Below, piece by piece: positions 46,262 to 53,769 of a stretch of DNA of 64,000 nucleotides. The stretch spans positions 96,001-160,000 of the forward strand of contig CAVTDB010000026.1 of assembly GCA_963733375.1 (NCBI GenBank), written 5' to 3'. Position numbers and translations under genes: made by a program. Origin of the DNA: Nitrospirota bacterium (lineage in GTDB: Bacteria > Nitrospirota > JACRHJ01). Each line of letters starts with the position of its first letter. Positions within the stretch are counted from its first letter, which is position 1. The notes under the pieces were generated by a model. That model was given only the letters and a program-made list of their open reading frames with translations, was not told the origin of the DNA and ran no database searches.

Positions 46262-46495
46262 ATGCTGAATTATCTTTATGACGACGAGGCGGAACGGCAG
46301 ATACACCTGCACGCTATGCAAATACTCTGCAAGGAGATAATACTCCCGGAGGAGGAAATAAGGGAATTGTACGAGCGGGAACTGGAAAGACTGAAGGGAA
46401 CCGCGAGGGTCAAGGATTTTCTGGTCGTGCTCGTCTGCAGGGCCGTGAGAGACACCCTGCGCAGGCACCGGGAAAATGAGGAGTTGGCCTCATGA
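46262..46495 (+). CDS. DUF3562-like small helical protein
   Basis: EEIRELYEREL..LK..ARVKDFL.VLV.R.VR; starts 1 nt after the metK-like stop. Confidence 0.65.
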   Translation: MLNYLYDDEAERQIHLHAMQILCKEIILPEEEIRELYERELERLKGTARVKDFLVVLVCRAVRDTLRRHRENEELAS

Positions 46496-46498
46496 CCC

Positions 46499-47359
46499 TC
46501 ACCCGGCCCCGTCTTTTTCTCCGTCTTTCGGTGTCACGTTTTTCATTAAAAAATCCACGATAACAGCCGCCGTCAGGGCCAGTATCAAGAGCCCCGCCGC
46601 AGTCATGATGCTGTTCAGCAGGTCGGGGCCGAACACCAGGACCAAACCAAGGCCGAACATCATGAAGCCGGAAACCAGGTTCAAAAACTTTCCCTGGCGG
46701 GCCTGCGTCTTTTTTGTCCCCAGGCTTACCGCGAAGATAAGGACAATGGCCGCGAGCGGTATGACATAGACGATGCAGTAAAGAAGAAGATAGGAGTAAT
46801 AATCGACCGTGGAGAGCTTGAACAGGGTCAGGCCCCTTGTGAATATCAGCGGGAACCCCAGCGAGCTGACCATCTCATAGACGTTTACGGCTATGGCAAG
46901 AAGGCTTGCGCCCGCTATCATCGGGACCGTGCGTTTTGAGTGCAGGAGCCCTTTAATCCTGGATATTACGGTATTGCCGGGTTTGTCGGAGTTTAAAAAA
47001 TTTTCTCCGTCACCATCCGTGAAATAGCTCCTTACATTCAGGCCGCCCACTATAACCGCGGCTATGCCTGCCGACATCGTTATTATCCTTAAGTGGCCGA
47101 CAAAAAGGAATACGTTCAGCCATGCGGCTATGAAGATGAAGTAGATTAAACCCGAGAATAAAACGAAGGTCCCGCCGATAAGGAGCATCCTGCTTCTCGA
47201 CCGCTCACTTATCAGCAGGCCCAGGAGAAACGAGAGGACGAAAAAAGCGACTGGGTTAACGCTGTCCAGCGCTGCGAGTATTACCGTAAACAAAGCTGGG
47301 GAGATTGATGAAGGATCAACCTTCCCCAGCAAAGGCAGGATTAATAAGGCATTGGACAT
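46499..47359 (-). CDS. CcdA/DsbD-beta-like multi-pass membrane protein lacking the redox cysteines
   Basis: LDSVNPVAFFVLSFLL, SRSRML..GG.FV, NVYEMVSSLGFP, YY.YL.LY..VYVIPL, LNLVSG.MM.GLG. Confidence 0.6.
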   Translation of the reverse strand: MSNALLILPLLGKVDPSSISPALFTVILAALDSVNPVAFFVLSFLLGLLISERSRSRMLLIGGTFVLFSGLIYFIFIAAWLNVFLFVGHLRIITMSAGIAAVIVGGLNVRSYFTDGDGENFLNSDKPGNTVISRIKGLLHSKRTVPMIAGASLLAIAVNVYEMVSSLGFPLIFTRGLTLFKLSTVDYYSYLLLYCIVYVIPLAAIVLIFAVSLGTKKTQARQGKFLNLVSGFMMFGLGLVLVFGPDLLNSIMTAAGLLILALTAAVIVDFLMKNVTPKDGEKDGAG

Positions 47360-48038
47360 TACCTGCTTTTCTTCCTCGCTTTTGCATGCTCTTCCGCGCC
47401 TCGGCCTCAGCCGGTTCCGCTTCTTCCGCCGCCGTCTTCCAACAGCCCTCTTCGGAAGCGCCGCGCTGGCTACATCTTTCAAGCCGCCCACCACGCCGAT
47501 AAGGACATCTTTCACGGTGGCCACGGCGGCATTTCCGATGGAGCCCGCCGCCTCAACGGCGCCGCCTACCGCGGAAACCGCGACTTCTTCGAGATTGCCG
47601 CCCACTTCCTTCGCGGCCTCGATTATCCCGTCTACCGCGCCCTTTGCCACAATAGCGACATCCGCGCCGACTTCGGCGGCGCCCTTAACGGCGCCTCTTG
47701 CGGTCTGGCTTGCGGCCGTGACAACGTCTCCGCTGATATCGCTTATCCCCATCACGGCGCCTTTAGCGACGCTTCTCGTGCTGTTGATAAGGTTCGCGCC
47801 CACTTCCTCGGAGGCCTGTATAGCCCCTTTCAGGACATCCGCCGTCACGTTCACGGCCTGGTCCGTCACCGTGCCCGTGGCCTTGATGGTATTTGAAACC
47901 GTATCGCGCACAAGACGTCACTATCTCGGCCTCTATCTCATTCAGCCCCTGCAGGCTTGAAGTTATCTCACCTTTTACGGTAGTACCTGCTTTTCCTATC
48001 GACATGCCGGGATGTTCCAACGCTTCTTCCTTAGCCAT
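47359..48038 (-). CDS. Ala/Gly/Val-rich protein with 22-aa amphipathic repeats (frameshifts near 47915 and 47400-47440)
   Basis: MAKEEALEH start after GGAGG; repeats such as VLKGAIQASEEVGANL / VAKGAVMGISDISGDV / TARGAVKGAAEVGADV; probable TAA overlaps the next ATG. Confidence 0.7.
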
Positions 48039-48153
48039 AAAGCCCTCCGTAGTTAAATGTACCATTTAAGTATAGCATTCCCGGAAAACTCATAACCCAT
48101 TGTCCCGCAGTGATTTTCATTACTTACCTATCATCAGGTAAGTATCGGTCAAT

Positions 48154-48444
48154 TCATACGACCTGCCTGAGCCTTTCGGCGTATGTGCCGCTTTTTACCA
48201 GGATTTCTCTCTTTATCTCGGCTAAAGTAACTATGACCTCGTCTATTTCCTCCGGCGCCAGGATGACCGTATCGTTTGTCTCCGTCGGACATTCGCCCGT
48301 ATTGCAGAGGTAGAGGTGTTTTTCACCCCGTACGCCAAAAAGAAGCGTCGTTCCCGATTTCAGCGGGATCATTTTTTTACCGTCTTTTAAGGCCACTATC
48401 ATTTTATCATCTCCTTTTCCGCTATAGACAGAAGCCAGACTCAA
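48154..48444 (-). CDS. Hypothetical protein
   Basis: Open frame in operon orientation; GGAGA upstream of an internal ATG; no recognised family. Confidence 0.45.
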   Translation of the reverse strand: MSLASVYSGKGDDKMIVALKDGKKMIPLKSGTTLLFGVRGEKHLYLCNTGECPTETNDTVILAPEEIDEVIVTLAEIKREILVKSGTYAERLRQVV

Positions 48445-48609
48445 CCATACGGAGGTGATGTTACCACTTTATTGTTACAACCTTATTGTGTCTAAAAGAA
48501 TTTATTGTTAAGCAGAGGAACTGAACTGGTATGAAACTGGAAAAATACTACACTCTCCGCTTGAGCGGCAATGGCAGGACCGGCAGCGGTTATTTAAACT
48601 TGTTTTCTC

Positions 48610-48981
48610 TTACAGCAGTACGCTTAAAAGTGAAAGCGCGGAGCCCTCGAAGACCAGATCGACCGCGACGCCGAAGACAGCCTTGCTAACGGCGCGGCCG
48701 GCCTTATGGGCCGCCTGGTGCACGTACTGGTCGTTGGTTACAGCCTTTGAATAATCGAAATAACCTTTTTTTGCCATTTCGGAAACTATGGCTTTGTGCG
48801 TCACGGAGATGGGGTCGTAATTGATGACGATGCTGCCGGTAACGGTGTTGGTAGCGACGGCGGTAACTCCGTCAATGGAGCTTATCTCACCTTCGATCCT
48901 TGCAGCCATCAACTCCTTGCCCTTGATGACCGGGGTCTTGACTCTGAGCCTGCCAGGTACATTGTGCATGTAATAGCTCAA
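48610..48981 (-). CDS. Stand-alone HMA2/CoBaHMA-like protein
   Basis: MSYYMHNVPGRLRVKTP...IDGVTAVATNTVTGSIVINYDP; amphipathic C-terminus; GGAGG RBS. Confidence 0.8.
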   Translation of the reverse strand: MSYYMHNVPGRLRVKTPVIKGKELMAARIEGEISSIDGVTAVATNTVTGSIVINYDPISVTHKAIVSEMAKKGYFDYSKAVTNDQYVHQAAHKAGRAVSKAVFGVAVDLVFEGSALSLLSVLL

Positions 48982-49286
48982 ATCTCACCTCCCTTGATTT
49001 TTATATACGTCCTGCAAACCGGATATCCGGAGCATCGGAACCTCCAGAAAACGTCCTCCCTCCGGTATATGTGCATATGTTTGCCGCAGACGGGACATAA
49101 AGGTTTGTGGTTTATAACAGGTCTTTTGCTCCCCAGGGTAAACTGTTTGTTGCATATCAGACACAGATACCGCTGTTTTTCCCGTGAAGTGTGCCCGTAC
49201 CTGTAAATTGCTTCGCTTCCGCATGAAGGGCATTCAATTTCCCCGGTCCATCCTTGGGCGGCTTTGTCATGCCTACAGTTATACAA
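48978..49286 (-). CDS. Double zinc-ribbon protein (IS1 InsA-like ribbon plus topoisomerase C4-like ribbon); start uncertain
   Basis: CPSCGS..IYRYG....KQRYLCLICNKQF and CPVCGK.M...RCSGYPVC; stop overlaps the HMA2 ATG. Confidence 0.7.
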   Translation of the reverse strand: MYNCRHDKAAQGWTGEIECPSCGSEAIYRYGHTSREKQRYLCLICNKQFTLGSKRPVINHKPLCPVCGKHMHIYRREDVFWRFRCSGYPVCRTYIKIKGGEI

Positions 49287-49332
49287 TATTTAAATTACAG
49301 GGTAATTAACGAATTGTTAAGATTTGGTTACA
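49278..49332 (-). promoter_or_regulatory. Pho-box-like (OmpR/PhoB family) direct repeats plus -10 element
   Basis: Minus strand TGTAAC, CTTAAC, GTTAAT, TGTAAT at 49327, 49316, 49305, 49294 (11-bp period), then TATAAC 10 nt downstream. Confidence 0.6.
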
Positions 49333-49401
49333 GTCGAAATCAGAGGGGAATTTATATGGTTTGCCGAAATCAGGGGGGCCTTTATAAAGACCCCCATTGT
49401 G

Positions 49402-49803
49402 TCAACTTTTAGCTTTGGCCGCCTTGGTAGCCACTTTTTTTGCCGGTTTAGGCCGGGATACCGTCTCTTCCTTGCGCGGCGCCGCTTTCTTTATGGCCGC
49501 CTTCGCGGAAGACACATGCCGCGCCACCGTTCCTCCCACGCCTGCCCCGGCTGCCGCGGCTAAGAGAGGCTCGTCGGCTGCGGCGTGACGTTCGGATTTT
49601 ATTTCCGCCACCAGGTCGCCGACCACTTCGCCGACGTCATGGTACGCCTCCCTGCCTTTATCATACGCGACCAGCCCTCCTTTTATGGCCATCTTCACGA
49701 CCGGCTTCGCCACCCTGGCGATAATCGGCACGAATATGATGCCCCCGACGCCTATCGCCAGCGCCGTCACTATGTTCCCTTTGAACAGGTCATCAATTCC
49801 CAT
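49402..49803 (-). CDS. Second DUF5132-like protein with a Lys/Ala-rich basic tail
   Basis: FKGNIVTALAIGVGGIIFVP..KPVVK.AIKGG...DLVAEIKSE is paralogous to 41197; tail KAAIKKAAP...PKPAKKVATKAAKAKS. Confidence 0.78.
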   Translation of the reverse strand: MGIDDLFKGNIVTALAIGVGGIIFVPIIARVAKPVVKMAIKGGLVAYDKGREAYHDVGEVVGDLVAEIKSERHAAADEPLLAAAAGAGVGGTVARHVSSAKAAIKKAAPRKEETVSRPKPAKKVATKAAKAKS

Positions 49804-49874
49804 GACCCCACCTCCGCTGAAATCCTGTTATTCAAATTTGCCTCTATTATTTAATTATAGCAAATTCGATGAAG

Positions 49875-50261
49875 TTATATACCCAGGAATTCAGCGACCT
49901 TGCTCCTTAATTCGTAAAGGTTGCCTTTGCATATATAACCCCGCAGCCCATGTTCCGCGGCCGATTTGCGCAGGCTGTCTTCGTCGTTCGACGAAAGAAA
50001 AGCTACCGGGATGTCTTTGCAGGACATGGTGTTTTTTATTACTTGCGCGAGCGATTCGCCCGAGAGTGCGGGCATGTTTATATCGATCAGGATAAGGTCC
50101 GGCCGCAGGTCCTTTATTACATTCGTGGAGCCTAAGGCCTGGCTGTGGGTATGCGCTTCGTAACCCTCGTTTTCCATGATCTCTTTTGTCGTCAGAAGAA
50201 GTCTCTCGTCGTCATCGATTATCAATATTTTTTTCTTTTTCTTTTCCATTTCCATTTCCAT
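49875..50261 (-). CDS. Single-domain response regulator (receiver only)
   Basis: ILIIDDD, PDLILIDINMP, FLSS, GYICK. Confidence 0.88.
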   Translation of the reverse strand: MEMEMEKKKKKILIIDDDERLLLTTKEIMENEGYEAHTHSQALGSTNVIKDLRPDLILIDINMPALSGESLAQVIKNTMSCKDIPVAFLSSNDEDSLRKSAAEHGLRGYICKGNLYELRSKVAEFLGI

Positions 50262-51435
50262 TTCCGTTTCCGTTCTCCATTAAGTCAAGTGGAAGGCTGA
50301 TTTCAAACTTCGTGCCTTCTCCGAAGGTACTGCTGATAGAGATATCGCCTCCAAGCAGGTCAACCAGGTGCTTCGTTATGGTGAGGCCAAGCCCCGTCCC
50401 TTCATGCCTCTTCGTATGCGCGTCCTCAAGCTGGGTGAATGCCGTGAAAAGTCTTTTTAGGTCTTCCTCTCTTATGCCTATGCCGGTATCCCGGACTGAA
50501 ACGAGGAACCTGCCTTCTTCCTTACGCGCCTCAAGGATGATCCTTCCTTCATCCGTGAACTTTGCCGCGTTGCTCATGAGGTTCGTCAGTATCTGGCGGA
50601 GCTTGACCCGGTCCGTATAAATACTGAACGGACTTCCTATTACGTGGACCTCCACGGAAACGGCTTTTTTCCCGAGAAGCACGCGGGTGGTATCCGCGAC
50701 TTCTTTCAATACCGGGGCCGGGTCGAATAATTCAGGGATGACTTCCATCCGGCCCGCCTCGACCTTCGACAGGTCGAGTATGTTGGTAATAATAGCGCGC
50801 AGGCCAAGGGCGCTTGACGAGAGCAGGTCCAGCCGGTCCGTCAGCTGGTCGATGTATCCCTTATCGCATGATATCTTCATCAACTCGGCCAGGCCTATGA
50901 TGGCGTTGACCGGAGCCCTCAGTTCATGAGTCACGTTGGCGATGAACTGGGATTTGATGTTGTTGACCTTCTCCAGTTCCTTCGCCTTGGCGTTGGCCAG
51001 TTCCTTCTGCATGATGCTGTTGGCCAGGGCGTTGCTCTGCTCTATGACTATCCTTTTTATGGAGAGAAGCCCGATGAACTTATCGTCGTCATCGACGACC
51101 ACTATATCGTCATAGACGTCCTGGAACGGCCTGCAAAGCGCCCTGTCGAGCGTTTCGTCTATGCCGCGCGACATATTGATCGACAGGGGCTCTTTATCGG
51201 CTATGGTAAAAATCGGCTTCCGCTCGTGAAGCTCGAAACCGAACCTTCTAAACAGCGTGAAAAGCAACTTGTTCCTCGTAACGAGGCCGACGGGTTTACC
51301 CATATCCACGATGGCGAGCGCGTCGAGATGCTTCTCCTGAAAGAACCTTTCAGCCACTTCTTTTACGCGCATATCGGGAAAGATATGCTCTGTTGAAGTG
51401 ATAAGCTCTCCGATAGGAGTTATAGTCTCTTCCAT
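50212..51435 (-). CDS. Cytoplasmic histidine kinase with an N-terminal CBS pair
   Basis: CBS (KPVGLVTR; FIGLLS), H box THELRAP, NLMSNAAKF, DTGIGI, GTGLGL; no TM. Confidence 0.9.
   Translation of the reverse strand: MEETITPIGELITSTEHIFPDMRVKEVAERFFQEKHLDALAIVDMGKPVGLVTRNKLLFTLFRRFGFELHERKPIFTIADKEPLSINMSRGIDETLDRALCRPFQDVYDDIVVVDDDDKFIGLLSIKRIVIEQSNALANSIMQKELANAKAKELEKVNNIKSQFIANVTHELRAPVNAIIGLAELMKISCDKGYIDQLTDRLDLLSSSALGLRAIITNILDLSKVEAGRMEVIPELFDPAPVLKEVADTTRVLLGKKAVSVEVHVIGSPFSIYTDRVKLRQILTNLMSNAAKFTDEGRIILEARKEEGRFLVSVRDTGIGIREEDLKRLFTAFTQLEDAHTKRHEGTGLGLTITKHLVDLLGGDISISSTFGEGTKFEISLPLDLMENGNGNGNGNGKEKEKNIDNR
50243..50272. repeat. (TTTCCR)5 hexamer microsatellite
   Basis: TTTCCA x3 then TTTCCG x2 in the kinase/regulator overlap. 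Confidence 0.8.
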
Positions 51436-51454
51436 GATTTTCCTGTTCATACGG

Positions 51455-52244
51455 CTAATATGCGAACCATTTATCGAGGCTGTACAGGCCGGACACAACG
51501 CTTTCGCGGCTCTTTGCGGAGAGGTAGTTTCTGCTGACGGACCCTTTTTTTGCACTGACATCAGATTTTATCGCCCGGCTGAAATAAAGGAATGACTTTA
51601 TCCTCCGGACGCCCAGCAGGCTCCAGAGGTGAGGGAGGAGGGTCATTTCTCCGTACCAGGGTATCTCCGCCTTCTTGTCGCCGGAATAATATTTGATGCT
51701 GACGGGGATGACAGCAATGCCGGAGCGCGCGGGCGCCTCAAACAACATCCTCTTGAAATCCCCCGTCCCGCTGCCGTCGGTCGTGGTGCCTTCAGGGAAC
51801 GTAACCACGTTTACCCCGTGCGACAGCGCCGTCTCCACGTCCGACAGCGATTTCCACGATGCGAGCGCCGAGCGCCGGTCTATGAATACCGTCCCGGCGA
51901 GCCGCGCCATCCAGCCTATCAGCGGCCAGGACCGCACCTCCATCTTCGATACGAAAACCGACGGGGAGAGGCTCGCCATCACTAAAATGTCGATATAGCT
52001 GACGTGATTGCAGACGGTAAAACCGGTATTTTGCACCCTGTGCCCGGTGGAGCCTACGTCTATTCCCAGTATCAGCGCAGACGGCCCTGGCCCAGACCAT
52101 GCATCCGAATGCTGAAAATTTTGCCTTAAGCCTTGCATCAAAAATGAGGATAAGACGCCCCGCCTGGACGGGCGGCAGCATCAAGGCTGTCCAAAGGACC
52201 AGGAGCAATAGTCTTATTAGCCTGAGCGGAAAACGGCTGTCCAT
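51455..52244 (-). CDS. olsA: PlsC-family acyltransferase, probable lyso-ornithine lipid O-acyltransferase (frameshift near 52080)
   Basis: NHVSYID, FIDR, FPEGTT; coupled to olsB. Confidence 0.75.
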
Positions 52245-53011
52245 CAGAAGTACCTGTTCCTGTAGCGGTTAATAAGGCGCTCGCGGTCGAGCAGGATTAA
52301 GAAGTCCGAAACGCCGAACGCGCCGTCGAATGCCGGCTCTCCGCAGATGCGCGCGCCAAGTTTGAGATAGGCGAGCAGCAGGGGCGGGACATGTTCAAGC
52401 ACCGTGCCCCTGTCAAAGTCGGCATGCGCGTCGAAACCCGGGACGTTTGCCAGAGGAAAGGTCCGGAATTCGGAGTCGGCCAGGTAAGACTTTTTGAAAT
52501 ATGCATATGCGTTGCTTATGACCTTCGGGTTTATGGTGTGGATGCTCCCGCATCCGAAGACGTACTTTATATCGTGCTCCAGTATATACTTCGCCACCCC
52601 GGACCACATGAGGTTAAGTACGGCCGAGCCCCGGTAATCCTTGTGCACGCATGCCCGGCCCAGTTCCAGTTTTTCTCCCTGATGCCTGAAAATATTCCGC
52701 AGGTCGAACTCGTTCTCCGAATAAAAACCGACCCCCGCGTCGGCCCTCTTTCCGGTCATCATCCGGTACGTGCCGACGACCATGTCACGGGATGAGTCCA
52801 CGACCATTATATGGTCGCAGTGCCTGTCGTAAACATCCCTGTCCAGGCCGGTCGCAAACGACGAGGCGAGCCCTTCGTTCAGTTCGAGGTTGAAGACTTC
52901 GAACCGGAGCCTCAGGACCGACTCCATCTCTTCCTCAGTGACCGCCTTCTTCAGTACCAGCGCGGACTGCGCTTTCTCCATTACCGTATTAAAACTCATC
53001 GATACCTCCAT
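52244..53011 (-). CDS. olsB: GNAT ornithine N-acyltransferase
   Basis: RLRFEVF..E, DRD.YD..CDH, VGTYR, GFYSENEF, ELGRACVH..YR, FGC.S, PPLL.AYL.LGA. Confidence 0.82.
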   Translation of the reverse strand: MEVSMSFNTVMEKAQSALVLKKAVTEEEMESVLRLRFEVFNLELNEGLASSFATGLDRDVYDRHCDHIMVVDSSRDMVVGTYRMMTGKRADAGVGFYSENEFDLRNIFRHQGEKLELGRACVHKDYRGSAVLNLMWSGVAKYILEHDIKYVFGCGSIHTINPKVISNAYAYFKKSYLADSEFRTFPLANVPGFDAHADFDRGTVLEHVPPLLLAYLKLGARICGEPAFDGAFGVSDFLILLDRERLINRYRNRYF

Positions 53012-53042
53012 ATAGAATAATCACCGAGAGTAATATGCGGGA

Positions 53043-53160
53043 ATCATAATGCCGGAACGTTACAGGTTTATTAAGGAGGCGTTAAGATTTCTAAGGGGCG
53101 TGAAACTTAACAGAGCTTTAACAATTCATTAATCAACCGGTCACTAAATGAGAGTATAAC
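53043..53160. promoter_or_regulatory. Divergent Pho-box-like promoters
   Basis: Minus: CTTAAC/CTTAAT/TGTAAC (53081, 53070, 53059) plus TATGAT; plus: CTTAAC/TTTAAC/ATTAAT/GGTCAC (53106, 53117, 53128, 53139) plus TATAAC; 11-bp period, 10 nt to each -10. Confidence 0.65.
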
Positions 53161-53166
53161 GGACGC

Positions 53167-53661
53167 ATGGAGACAATAAGCGTAGCCTCTTTAGGACTGG
53201 GAGTCGCCTTTAGCCTCGGCTTGTCCTATTTCTTTTTCTATGTCGCCTATCCGTTCATCATCTGGAAACTCGGGTTGATAGAAGGCGGCATAACGATGAC
53301 CTGTTTCTCACCCATATTCAGCTATATGGGCATAACGTTCTACGACAGGTCGGGCAGGGATTGGTTCGGCATCGAGGCAATAAAGGAAAAACTGAGCGGG
53401 CTGAAGGGGAAGAGCAGGATAGGCAGGCTCATAGCGGCACAGGTAAAGAGGGGCGGCCCTTTGACGCTGGTCATAATGTCGATAAAATTCGACCCGTTCG
53501 TCACCACGGTCTACCTGAGGCATGGCCACAGGAAGTTCAAGGGCCTGGCCTTCCGGGACTGGATAATATTCTTTTCGAGCGCGGCCATAGGAAACGGATA
53601 TTGGATTTTCATCATGTTCGGAGGCGGGACGCTGCTTAAATACCTGGGGCATTATTTTTAG
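53167..53661 (+). CDS. Uncharacterised membrane protein
   Basis: Several hydrophobic segments; FYD.SGRDWFGIE and FDPFVTTVYLRHG. Confidence 0.65.
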   Translation: METISVASLGLGVAFSLGLSYFFFYVAYPFIIWKLGLIEGGITMTCFSPIFSYMGITFYDRSGRDWFGIEAIKEKLSGLKGKSRIGRLIAAQVKRGGPLTLVIMSIKFDPFVTTVYLRHGHRKFKGLAFRDWIIFFSSAAIGNGYWIFIMFGGGTLLKYLGHYF

Positions 53662-53723
53662 CCCGATATGCCGCCCATTAACGAGGCGAGGGGGCGGCGA
53701 CGCCCAAGGTGTTGACTGACCGC

Positions 53724-53754
53724 AAAAAAAAGGGGTTGCGATGTGCAACCCCTT
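53724..53754 (-). terminator. Intrinsic terminator
   Basis: A run then AAGGGGTTGC-GATGT-GCAACCCCTT. Confidence 0.75.
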
Positions 53755-53769
53755 GCGTTTTGTTCAAGC

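Noticed and set aside
46499-47911. 470-aa fusion of the amphipathic-repeat protein and the membrane protein
   Set aside because: The linker reads as out-of-frame Arg-rich sequence; another frame ends AEEHAKARKKSR* with TAATG coupling at 47359
48460-48512. A further Pho-box array upstream of the 48154 gene
   Set aside because: GTTACA (48474) and GTTAAG (48507) are 33 bp apart but the intervening positions do not match
48978-49286. IS1 insertion sequence
   Set aside because: No InsB/DDE transposase, terminal inverted repeats or target duplication seen; retained as a CDS
41197-49803. Magnetosome island or canonical ferrosome cluster
   Set aside because: No recognisable mam genes, no P1B-6 ATPase, no Feo genes and no clear Fur box; the ATPase has P2A Ca2+ motifs
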